Source: Vermamoeba vermiformis
Taxonomy: Eukaryota
Assembly: GCA_045837725.1 (NCBI GenBank)
Contig: JBEWZL010000289.1
Location: forward strand, 62,001 to 95,649
DNA length: 33,649 bases
Direction of reading: 5' to 3'
Shown: positions 13,801-24,976 of the stretch, in pieces
Position numbering within the stretch: position 1 is the first letter of the stretch
How the letters are laid out: every line of letters starts with the position of its first letter
The notes under the pieces: generated by a model
Told to the model about the DNA's origin: nothing
Databases searched by the model: none
What the model saw: the letters and a program-made list of their open reading frames with translations, nothing else
Position numbers and translations under genes: made by a program

Positions 13801-15040
13801 CGATACTACCAATCCACGCGCTCCCGCATTGCACAAGACTATCTTGGGCGAGGAAATTACCAAGAGTACTGGTCTTACTTGGCCTCACGCTACGTAAGTA
13901 ATATAGCTGATATCATTAGAAGTAATTGTTCTAACAAAAATTAGTCGCTGCTTACCGTCCGGTGAGATCCTCGTGTCTCACATGGCTGACAAACAAGGCA
14001 ATGCGTTCGGAGGTTATGTCTCGATGACTGCCGACTTTGAAGTGCAAGGCCACTGGGGCAAGAACAGTACTCAACTCGGCTACAGTTTCGCCTATCAAGC
14101 TGGCACCAACACAATGGTCAGCACTGGTTGGGGTGAGCCAAACGCTCCAAAACAATCAGAAGGCGATGCTGCTCCTGATCGATACGGCCGATCCATTTGG
14201 CTCTGGGACTTGGAAAAGAAGGAAGTGTTGAAGGCAGTGGTAAGTTGGCTTGTTTCTCGCAGTGCAGCGACAATGTTACTGATCACGTGTTGTATTAGGA
14301 CCTCGGTGACGATGGAATGATGCCGTTAGAAGTTCGCTTCATGCATCACCCCGAGAGTGCACACGGCTTTGTTTGCGCTGCTCTGAATGGCTGTGTATGG
14401 CACGTGTACTTGGACGACAACGACGAATGGCAGTTCGAGAGAGTAATCAAGATCGAGTCTATTCCAGTCGATGATTGGATATTGCCTATTATGCCAGCAT
14501 TGACTACTGATTTGGTTATCTCTCCTGACGACAAGTTCCTGTACATTTCGAACTGGTTGCACGGAGATATCCGACAATACGACATCACCGACCCTGCCAA
14601 CCCGAAGCTCGTTGGTCAATTGTACTTGGGTGGTTCATTGCGCCAAGATGGAGGTGTCAAGTAAGTCCCATTCGTGATCAAGGGTAAAAGACAGCCGCTA
14701 ACTAATCTTTCGTAGAATGACTTCGGGTAACGAAGGTATCGTAGTGCCTGAAGTCAAGGGACGTACGCTGCAAGGAGCTCCTCAGTCAATGCAGTTGAGT
14801 CTTGACGGCAAGCGTTTGTACGTTACCAATTCGTTCGTTTCCTCGTGGGATCTACAGTTCTATCCCGACCTTGAAAGCAAGGGAACGCAACTGCTCCAAG
14901 TGGATGTCGATGTTAAAGAAGGCGGACTGACGCTGAACAAAGAGTTCTTAGTCGACTTTGCTGATGAACCTGACGGTCCAGCTGTCGCTCGTGAAATGCG
15001 CTTGTACGAAGGCGACTGTACCATGGACGTTTGTAAATAA
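7817..15040 (+). CDS. Giant type-I membrane protein: signal peptide, DUF4114-like domain, integrin-beta/Sib-like vWA, tandem cadherin-like/Ig repeats, TM helix, cytoplasmic SBP56 (SELENBP1/methanethiol oxidase)-like domain
   Basis: ATG 7817 ([22 protein letters not shown]). [15 protein letters not shown] and [16 protein letters not shown] motifs. DVMVLLDS...IGWR..GAIIVVT (vWA). Repeated NPINDPP/IPINDAP/LPINDPP linkers. [24 protein letters not shown] single 1724-codon ORF runs from the ectodomain into SBP56. Introns 13894-13944, 14240-14298 and 14661-14715 complete it to TAA at 15040. Confidence 0.88.
13568..15040 (+). other. SBP56/SELENBP1-like beta-propeller domain with degenerate metal-binding motifs (part of the gene above)
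   Basis: [79 protein letters not shown] and GDCTMDV closely match SELENBP1 motifs. Confidence 0.93.
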
Positions 15041-15252
15041 TAATGATGTAAAATAGAAGCGTAAGCTAAAAATAAAATTGTAATTTCTAAAAAGAGCTTA
15101 TTTGTTATTGTCTTCTTTGGCAAAGCAATCAACCAGAGTTTGGATTAAATGATCACAAATACGAAAATTCAGGCAAATTTCATACGGGTCCCTTTCTTTG
15201 CGTTGAAAATTTTTATTGAGTAAAATCTTTACTACCTACGCGTAATACCACA

Positions 15253-17466
15253 ATGAAGTTTAAAATATTTATTCTATCGCTCCTCTGCTGCTTGTACCTC
15301 GCGTCCGCTTTGAAGAACGGATTGGGCCTTACTCCACAAATGGGTTGGAACAGGTAATTTAATATTGCAAGTAAATAATTTAGCTTTTACTGGGATTTAC
15401 TAATTCCACCCGCCAAACTTGACAACTAAACTTCAATTTCGCTTCAAGATTCAATCTGAAAATTTTTTGTTTTCGCAACGATAATAACGCTATTGAATTA
15501 CCCTTATTTTCAAAGTACGAAATTACTAAAGGACAATTTTAATGCTGCGGAAATAATTTACTGGCTCTGCAACGTGACATCTGTACCTTTTCAAAAAACT
15601 AACTATCAAATTTAATTAACAGCTGGAATGCATATTTCTGCGACGTCAATGAAGACAAAATTAAACAGGCCATTGATGCTATGGTTGTGTTTGGTCTTCG
15701 CGAGTATGGCTATGAATATGTCAACAGTAAGCCAAAAATTTATCCTTTAAATATTATTCTGTCATGATTAATTATTTACGCGCTCCAACATTTGATTTAA
15801 AACGTTTTTGGGCACCGGAGATTTTTTAGATTTCAAATCTGACCTTAACTTGGTTAACAATCGTAATAATAAGTTTAGCGTCAATTTATCGAATACTCTA
15901 AATAGTTAATTAATTGAAATCGCTAGTTGACGATTGCTGGTCAAAGGGACGTGACGAGAATGGTGCTTTGATTCCCGATCCTGTGACATTCCCTTCTGGT
16001 ATCGCGGCTCTTGCTGACTACGGTAAGTTTTTATAATGCTAATGTCACCTCGTTTTATTTTAATTGTTAGTAGCCCTTAAGGGCCTTTCATAGCCGTTTC
16101 AACTTTTATAGTGAATTTTCCGCATGTTCAATAAACCGCATTTCTGACTAATTAATTTCTTTTAGCTCACGCTCGTGGTTTCAAGTTGGGTATCTACTCC
16201 GACAGCGGCTCAAAGACTTGCGCTGGTCGCGCTGGTTCTTACGGCTTCGAGGAAATTGACGCCAAGACTTGGGCTAGCTGGGGCGTTGACTACTTGAAGT
16301 ACGACAACTGCTTTGTGAACGACACTATGGTTCCTACCAAGCCTAGGTATGGTTAATACGTTGAATGCGTGCTATCGCGATATTAACCTTATTATCAGGT
16401 ACGAAAGAATGCGCGACGCTCTCGCTCAGGTCGATCGTCCTATCTTCTTCTCCATGTGCGAGTGGGGTGTTGATGCGCCTTGGTTCTGGGCTTCGGTGAG
16501 TTGATGTCACGCGACTTCAATTTCCTTATCCGGCTCTGACGCTTTTTTGTTTTAAATAGGAAGTCGGCAACAGCTGGCGTACAACTGGCGATATCAACGA
16601 CAACCCCTACTCGTTGACTCAAATTATCGACAGCTCTGTCGGTGTTTCTCGCGTAAGTACAGGATTTGTGTCAGGTTTGTGAATAAGCAGCTGACGATTG
16701 TTGTCTCGCAGTTCTCTGGTCCTGGAGGCTGGAACGACATTGATATGCTCGAAGTTGGCAACGGCGGCATGTCCTACGAGTGGTACCAATTCCACTTCTC
16801 ATTCTGGTGCTTGTTGAAGGCCCCCTTAATCTTGGGCTTTGACATGTACAACAAAATGACCCCCGAGATCTTGGACTTGATCACCAACACTGAGTTGATT
16901 GCTATTAACCAAGACAAGCTCGGCGTTCAAGTGAGTTTAATAGTGGCTGTATTTTTACCGTTCCGTTGCTAACAATTGCGATCAAGGGTGACTTGGTTTG
17001 GCAACTTGGTCCCGAGCAAGTCTGGGCTGCTCCTTTGGCTGACGGCGGTCGTGCTTTCATTATCTGGGAGAGGTACGTATTGACGGATTTTCGTGGCAAA
17101 TGTTTCCCGCTCACATTCTCTCTTCAGAATGTATGAGAAGGACGTCACTGTTCACTTCCCAATGCTCGGTTATGATAACACTACTGTTGTTACTGTTCGT
17201 GACATTTTGAACGGCAAGGATGTTGGTACTTGGACCGGAAAGTAAGTGTTCTAACCACCTTCGGAAGCAGTGGTGTAACTTGTTTTTGTCAGGTTTGTTA
17301 CAAACGTCCAAGGAGATGACGTGACTTTCTTCGTCGGTCGCATGACTCCCGTTAAGTCCGAGTAAGTACACTTGTGTGTGTGAATATCGTGTAGTTGAAT
17401 TAATCGTGTTTTCTCAGCCCCAAGTACACCACCTGGAGACCTTGGAAGAACAACCCTTGGAACTAA
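15253..17466 (+). CDS. Glycoside hydrolase family 27 alpha-galactosidase/alpha-N-acetylgalactosaminidase, secreted, many introns
   Basis: Signal peptide, then [45 protein letters not shown] (nucleophile Asp), SWRTTGDI (acid/base Asp) and [18 protein letters not shown]. Last exon ends PWN-TAA at 17466. Confidence 0.95.
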
Positions 17467-17684
17467 GTAACGACGCATTTGTTACTAGATTGTGTTCTAC
17501 TACAATAAAATTAGGCAATAGAGAATCTTTTAAGTCACATTAACGAGTTTGATGACTCAATGGACACGTGGCGTAATTTTGATAAAGACCCAAAATCAAC
17601 ATCGAATTTCTGCGTAATTGTTAAATTTGTTTACGCGAACAACAAGTACGACAATAGGTTCATTTTTACAATTCTAGCTGGGTC

Positions 17685-20600
17685 ATGGCGTGCGAGTTCG
17701 ACAAACTGCACGACGAATTGCTGATCAACATTTTGGTCAAGCTTCACCGTCCATTCGCAGGTAAAAATTTAAATAAAATTATTCCAGTAGCATAGGTGGT
17801 GTGCAGAGACTGTTTTATATCTTAATTTCTCATTTCTTTATTTTGCAAATAATTTATTAATTTTCAAAGTGGAAATGGCGCAATATCGCCCAGTATGCCG
17901 TCGATGGAATAAACTCAGCCGAACAAAAGATTTTTGGAAGGCTATGTGCATTAAGGATATGGGTCCTAATATTTCTCCGATACGACTTTATCAAGGCGCC
18001 AAAATTTCGGCAGAAGCGCGAGACTACGTGATCCCAATTATAAAAGGTGCTAACAATAGTTGGAAATTAAAGACGTATTCTAACAATTATTTTATATTAA
18101 TAGAAGGTACAAAGGTCACCGTCGATTTTATGTCGTACTACCGCATCCGGTATGGAAAAGTATTGCCTTTGAAGTATCCTACTAATGGATTTGTAGACGA
18201 TATTTCGTTTCACTTGTTCAATGGTTCAACACTGTCGTGAATAGACGAAATAACCAGTTGGTAAGCCGTTCGGCGCATGTTTGTTACGCGAATTCTAATC
18301 GCCCACAGTGGCAAGGCAAAGGCACGGACTTGACGCTGCATAACATTCAAGCGTTCCTTAAAATTCCTTGGGGCACAATCAATGTCAAGCATTCGAACGG
18401 ACTGGCTCAATTCTTGTTCCTAATCATTCCTCCATTACTCGTGCATGGAAAAAAAGAACTTGCACAACAAGCCTTCAACATAATTACGAGTCACGGTGCT
18501 GATGAAACGAACTTGTATATGATCGAGTATGTACCATGTTAGTGCTTAAAATAGGTCGATTACTTATTGTTTTGAAGGTACGCGAGAAATTGCATGAAAA
18601 TTCACCAGGTTGCCAAAGAAAACAAGTTGCCCGATCTCGCATTTAAAGCCTTCGAAGCTGCAGGCAAAGAGTTTCTGTCTTTCATGGAGACCGAGTTATT
18701 GAGTGAGCCTGGTGCTGCAGCTGTGTTCGATTCGATCGTCACTCAAATTATCCGCTATGGGGCCGAGTCGAAGGCCGTAGAAAGGGAGTATTTCGACTTC
18801 AAGTATCCCGAGCAGAAGTACCAAGTGCTGTCAGACGACAAAATCAGAATTCAGTTCCCCGAGGAGTACGCTGCTCCCCTTGTATCGATCGCTCGCCGCG
18901 AGTTCAACCAGACCAACGATTGGCGCGTCAAAGCTACTGCGCTATCAACGGTCTATTCGTTGCCAAGCGGAACGGTAGAAGGTGCACTGCAGTGTATCAC
19001 GTGAGTACTCGTCTCCATTGTATTGCGGGCTAATATCGCCACAGATTTGGCATGGACGTGCTGAATAACAACGACGAGCACGCTGAGGTTAAATACGCAG
19101 CTATTGTTTTACTAGCTACGATTTTTGAAAATTGGTACAAAGATCCAAAGTTCTTGTTGCCTGCAGATCAATACGTCGCTATCTTCCAATTATTCACGAA
19201 CAAACTTGTGGAGGTCCCTGCACCTCAAGTGTAAGTGGCTATTGAAGAATAAGGTGGTGTTCTAATCATTGACGTAGGTTGGCAATGCTGCGCATTGTCT
19301 TGTTGCTCAGCTATTCCGTCAATATTACGCACGAGGTTATCGACGAAAAATCACTGGACAAGTTCCACGACAACTTGTTCAAAATGCTGCTCACGCCTAA
19401 TGTCATTAGCAAGTCTATTATGCCAGCGGCTGGTGCATTGAAAAAACTGCGGTTGCTGGGCAGTACTTATGGCAACCGCCTCGCAAAGGTATGTCCATCA
19501 CGTATTAGTTCGAGGCTAATGTGCAATTCTGACGTTTCTGCAGTATCTCAAAAAATACCGCGAAGTGTTGTTCACTATTGCGCGAACTCCCAAGTTGCGA
19601 GGCGATGCGAAGTTATCAACGGAGGATTGTGTGGCTTCGTACGTTAATTTATGTAAGGACAAGCTTCGTGTTAAGGTTAGTGTCAGATGTTAATTATCTT
19701 TCAGTGTGCTCTGTGAAGGATTTTGAGGCCGAGGCCATCGAGCTTGTTCAACAAATTGAAAACAAATCGCTCGGATTTCCAGTTCGATTGCCACAGTTTT
19801 ATGCAGTTTGCGGAGTCGCGTGCAGCAAGTTACCTGGGGCCAATGGTGACCATATAATTAAGAGCATTTTCGGAATGCTTCCCGCCAAGTTTGCAGCGTT
19901 TGGAAGCACTCGTTCGTTAGGCGATTTCTTAGCGGAAGTTGCAGACAAGCTCAGAGAACAGCAGAAAAAGAAACAAAAAGAAGAAGAAGACGAAGAGTAT
20001 GATTCAGAAGATGAGGAGTATGACTCAGAAGACGAGATGGACATGAGCGACGACGAGGAGGGAGGAGAGAGACGACCGAAAGAGCGGACAGATTTCCTCC
20101 CATACACCGAAGCACAATTCATGCAAGCACTCGAGAAGTCTAAAACAGTTCCAAAAGAAGACGTTGAAGAGTTCAACAAGTGCTTTCAATTTACGGAACC
20201 AGCGCCTGTCAAGGTCGGAAAGCAAAGCAAATTCGTCAAGAAAATTGATCTCACACAAGTGGACCAAGGCGGCGAGGAGGAAGTAATTGAAGTAAGTAAT
20301 AATGATTTAAGTGACACATTAATAACCTGTTTAAAGTCTTTTAATGGCTGCCAAACTGCCCTTGGAACACTATTGAAGTTTGTCGCACAACAAGGCGATG
20401 CGTATCTTCCGCACGCACAGAAGACGTTCCATTTTGTCTTGGGATATTGTCGTGTTGCTATGCTCCTTCATCCTGAAAATCTAACCTCCCTGCAATCGCT
20501 GTTCAAAATGATTTTGCCCTATTTGGATGCCGATCATATCTTCCACTACTCAAAGATCATACTATTCGATATTCTCTCAGGTCACTTAACAATCGAGGAG

Positions 20601-21461
20601 AAACAGGATTTGGGTATCGAACAGGCTGTTGGCATACTCGATACGCTTGACATGGTAAGTCCAGAAGCGATTAATTTTGTTCTAACGTGTGTTCAGATAA
20701 TTGAGGCACTGACGCCTGTGCAAATTATATCTCAAAGTATTTTTGTTGTCTTTTTGGACACTCTGGCTGAGCTGCTGAATCAAATGCCGCTCCATAATTT
20801 CACAAAGCCACTAGAGTACAGAGTCTCTGAAACCTTTGGCACGTTGTTCAGAAAGTGGCCGAAAAATTCAATTCCAGCGTACATTCGCAGTAAAATTTGT
20901 GCGTGGATTAGCGAGTCCATCCGCGAGACGGAGGAAGATGTAAGTTTAGCTGGAGATTGATTGTAGCTAATGCTGTTTACTAGACTGTCCCTCATTTGGC
21001 TGCTTTGCTAATGTGTTGTCACATTGGTCTTCGCTTTGGAATTGCCTTCATGAAGGTAATAAATTTACATGGAAGTATAAGTCAACTCATGACATGGTTT
21101 GTAGATGTCTCTTGCAATAGCCCCTGGTTCTGTTATCGTTCGCCCACACGACTTGCTGGACTTCCTTGAGCAGGCTCTTGCAAGATTCAAACCAGATGGA
21201 ACTCTCAGAGGTACTACCTTACAGCCTCCAGCTAATTCACATCAACTCCTTCAACAAACTGTGCTGCTTTTCCATGGTGCATTGCTTTACGATGATATGG
21301 ACATGTTGAATTGTTACAGGCGCTACACCTTTGATCCAACTATTGTGAAAGATGCTTTTCTTTCTGGTGACTGTGAGTTTGACACTGACCTCCAGGACCT
21401 AATTGATGAAGTGGCTGATGACAACTACATGGATCTAATATTCCCTAAAGAATTTGTTTAA
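17685..21461 (+). CDS. F-box protein with long helical (HEAT/ARM, karyopherin-like) body and acidic loop, multi-exon
   Basis: First exons read MACEFDKLHDELLINILVKL...YRPVCRRWNKLSRTKDFWKAMC (F-box). HEAT-like segments include DWRVKATALSTV and EHAEVKYAAIVLLATI. Acidic tract EEEDEEYDSEDEEYDSEDE. Exact internal and final exon boundaries are approximate. Confidence 0.72.
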
Positions 21462-22558
21462 CACTTAATGCATAAAATAAATGAATTGCTTTTTGTTCTA
21501 AAACAGTGGAGGTACTATTGTCTGTTGATTAGACAAAAGAAGCTTCACTAAGAAGGTAATCACATAATGATTTTTTGCCACTTTAGTTTTTCTTTTTGAA
21601 CTTAACTGAGTTCCCTGTTTTTGTATCTTTTTCATATTTCAAATAAAGCACCACAACAGGTATTTTCTTACCTATTGTCTGCCAGAAGTGCAGTCTGTAG
21701 TTAAAGTTGCTCAAAGTTGGTTGCCAGCAGTCAGCCCAATCAGGCCACAAAGACTCTTGCATACCTAATAAGGCTTGGGGTAGGAAGAATTTCGCACTCC
21801 AAATGCGAAATTTACGTTTATTAGCATATGCTATTGTTTAACATATGATATGACGTAACAGCATGTGCTATTGTGCGCTGCGTGGTGGTTTTACAATAAA
21901 CTTTATTTAGTGTATTTTTACAACATTTTGATATATCTTGTAGGATGCAATAGTAAGTCAAATCTGATCTAAAAGCCAACCAGTGTTGCTGGTCATAGCC
22001 TACGCTGTGATAGTATATCCCTTACACTGGCAACGAGAAAAAAAATTAACAAAAATTTGACAACGTCATAAATTAAAATTACTGTGGTCGATAAGTGTTT
22101 ATTGATATATTGTTTACAAGTACTTACAGTGGGCTAATTTAATTAAGCCCTAATTCATATATGTAAAAGGGCCTGGCCATATAGGGCTAGCCTTAAAAAG
22201 TTACAGAAATAAACAAAAGTCCTGGTGGAATTTTACTTAAGCAAAATTTTGCTTAGGTAATCCCGTACCCAAACCCACACTCACATCCAAGACAACCTGC
22301 AATAAAACCCAATGTACCCAGGGGTCGTCTCCAGCACAGAGACGATCTGTGAAAAATACTAAGTCTGTAAGGGTCGTCTCCAGCGCGGAGACGATCTGCG
22401 AAAAAAAAACTAAGTCTGTAAGGGTCGTCTCCAGCGCGGAGACGATCTGCGAAAAAAACCTAAGTTCGTAAAGGTCGTCTCCAGCGTGGAGACGATCTGC
22501 GAAAAAAAACGAAGTCTGTAAGGGTCCTCTCCAGCGCGGAGACGATCTGCGAAAAAAA

Positions 22559-24272
22559 CACTGCTAGGGCCACAAGCCTAAATCAAAACAAGGAGGTGTC
22601 CTACAAAAATGCAAATCTTTGTTGATTACATCAAGAGCATAGATGTAAAGTTGCATTGATACATAAACTGTGGATTTGCAAAAACACTCTCTTTGATTAC
22701 ACTTTGTTTTTGCTACAAACCTGTAGGTGCTGGCGTCTTTGCTAATAAATGATCATCTTTGCTAAGATAGATTGAAAAATCAAAGAGAAATAAAAGAATG
22801 TACATAAATAGCTTGTTTACTTTTTGCAGTGTCAAGACAATTTTGCAAATTTTGGTTGACATAACAAGAGCATCAATGCAGAGACAGCAAAGATGGGATA
22901 TTTTTGATTCTCTTTGTCAAAATCTGAACTTACAGAATGAATGGCGAGTCCCTGCCAGAGGTGGATGCAACATAGACAAAGGCCTAATTGAATTGAGTTG
23001 ATAACAAGTTTGAGTCAATTAATTAACACTTACCTAAAGATTGCATACAACTTGTTGATGCTTTATCTTCAGACAAGTTTGGATGCACCATCCAAAAATA
23101 TTTGTTTTATGGCCCTAAAAATCAAATAACTATGTTAAAAAATTGTTTAAATATTCTGCTAACTAACCTTGAAAGCTTGGGCTTATCTGAAATGTTGGTC
23201 ATACCACTGGATTGGATATCCTAAGTATGGTTGTATTAGTACGACAATATGCTTATAAAACTATCTGGAACAGAGGGTAAAGTTTTGAGCATCAGCAGTG
23301 TTGTTTTCTGAGGAAAAATGAAAAGGGAATAAAAAAATGTAGGTGGCGTCCAATCAGGAAAATGGAATTGATTCCATTTTCAATAATGTTGATAAATAAG
23401 CTTATTTTTGTTTATTATACTGAGATTATGCATATGTATGAGTTTGAAAGCAAATTCGTATCAATGAAGACATTATCTAAGCAGATCCAAAAAATGGAAC
23501 TGATTCCATTTTAAAAAGTATTGCTGAATTGGGTTATTTTACTTCATAACAATTATATTATGAATATAGATGAATGTGAAGTTAGTATTTTGTTAATGAA
23601 GTCATTATCTAAGCAGATCTGAAAAATGGAATTGATTCCATTTTCAAAAATACAACAAAATAGGGTTATTTTGCTTTGTAACAATTATTTTATTAGTGTA
23701 GATGAGTACGAAGTTAGTATTTTGTTGATGAAGTCATTATCTAAGCAGATCTGAAAAATGGAATTGATTCCATTTTCAATAATGTTGACAAATAAGCTTA
23801 TTTTTGTTTATTATACTGAGATTATGCATATATATGAGTATGAAAGCAAATTCGTATCAATGAAGACATTATCTAAGCAGATCCAAAAAATGGAACTGAT
23901 TCCATTTTAGAAAATATTCCCGAATAGAGTTATTTTGCATTATTTTACCATTACTAAGCCAATATAGGGGTATGAATGCTGTTTTTTGTCAATGAAGACA
24001 TGTATAGAGCAGATCCAGAAAATGGAATCAATTCCATTTTAACGATCTGGCATTTTTTGGCTTTTTAGGCAATAATTGACCTATATACAGCATTGCAACA
24101 TATATTCAGTAATAAATATCAATGAATATACCTGCTTAGCTCAGTACAGTGCGTCTGATTAGTAAGGAAAGATGATGTCTTTGCAAAACATTTATTTTTG
24201 CAAAGATACAATGCTCATCAATTATAAAACAGATAATCAAAGCAAGGAGAAATTGTTGTGGCCCTAGCAGTG
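22559..24272. mobile_element. 1714-bp non-autonomous TIR DNA transposon with CACTG termini (CMC/CACTA-like)
   Basis: Perfect 17-bp TIRs CACTGCTAGGGCCACAA (22559-22575) and TTGTGGCCCTAGCAGTG (24256-24272). Flanked by AA on both sides (possible 2-bp TSD). Removing it restores a normal unit of the 50-bp array. No transposase ORF inside. Confidence 0.88.
23359..24040. repeat. 132-bp-period tandem repeat anchored on the palindrome AAAATGGAAT-TG-ATTCCATTTT
   Basis: Palindrome copies start at 23359, 23491, 23623, 23755, 23887 and 24019 (exact 132-bp period). Units 1 and 4 are nearly identical, and units 2 and 3 are similar. Confidence 0.95.
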
Positions 24273-24976
24273 AACCCAAGTCTGTAAAGGTCATCTCCAG
24301 CGTGGAGACGATCTCCTAAAAAAACCAAGTCCGTAAAGGTCGTCTCCAGCGCGGAGACGATCTCCTAAAAAATACTGTGCAAGTTACTAAAATTTATTTA
24401 TTTATTACCGAATTACAGAATTGTGCGCGCGAACAGTCGGGATCGTGATCTATTTCCATGCAAAACCTAATAAAATCGTTAGTCATTGTCTGTATTAATG
24501 TTTAATTTATTTAAATTAATTTATTCGTTCAAATCCAAATCCTGGATCAAACAATTATCTAGTGCACTTACCAAAATTCACGGTTGATCCATTATGCTGG
24601 TATATAAATTGACCCTTTGAGTAGAACTGATGCGTCATCTAAAGTCGCATCAGCTTCAATCCAAATAACTCGCGCTGAACGGCGCTGGTGACCGTGGCGC
24701 GTTACTGTCGGCTGTATAATCAATGCAAATAAGACCCTTGTGGTCGCGCTGTTGAGCTTAAATTTAATATGACCTAAATGACTGATGTTAGGCATTAGGG
24801 ATACAATCCCTATCACTAATAAACATTGATACTATATTAAATACGGGAGGGTCCATTACTGATCCCGAGCGAGACTCGTTAAGGATGATATTCAAATAAT
24901 CATTCATCCTAAAGTGAATAAACTTAACTTTCAGTTAGTCATCCCAGGCGAGACTCGCTCGGGATGAAAGTAAATC

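Larger units (their letters stand above)
22321..24372. repeat. ~50-bp tandem array (7 units) with internal inverted repeat GGTCGTCTCC-AGCGC-GGAGACGATC, split by an insertion
   Basis: Unit cores start at 22323, 22372, 22423, 22473 and 22523, then 24289 and 24338. Period 49-51 bp, with an A-tract linker in each unit. Confidence 0.95.

Noticed and set aside
13568-15040. Separate stand-alone SELENBP1 gene
   Set aside because: No stop, intergenic gap or start Met separates it from the upstream ORF.
22798-23001. Transposase remnant inside the CACTG element
   Set aside because: Short ORF with no recognisable transposase motif.
23359-24040. CRISPR array or FNIP-type 44-aa repeat gene
   Set aside because: Spacers are homologous to each other, so this is a tandem repeat. 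The frames examined contain stops and no FNIP motif.
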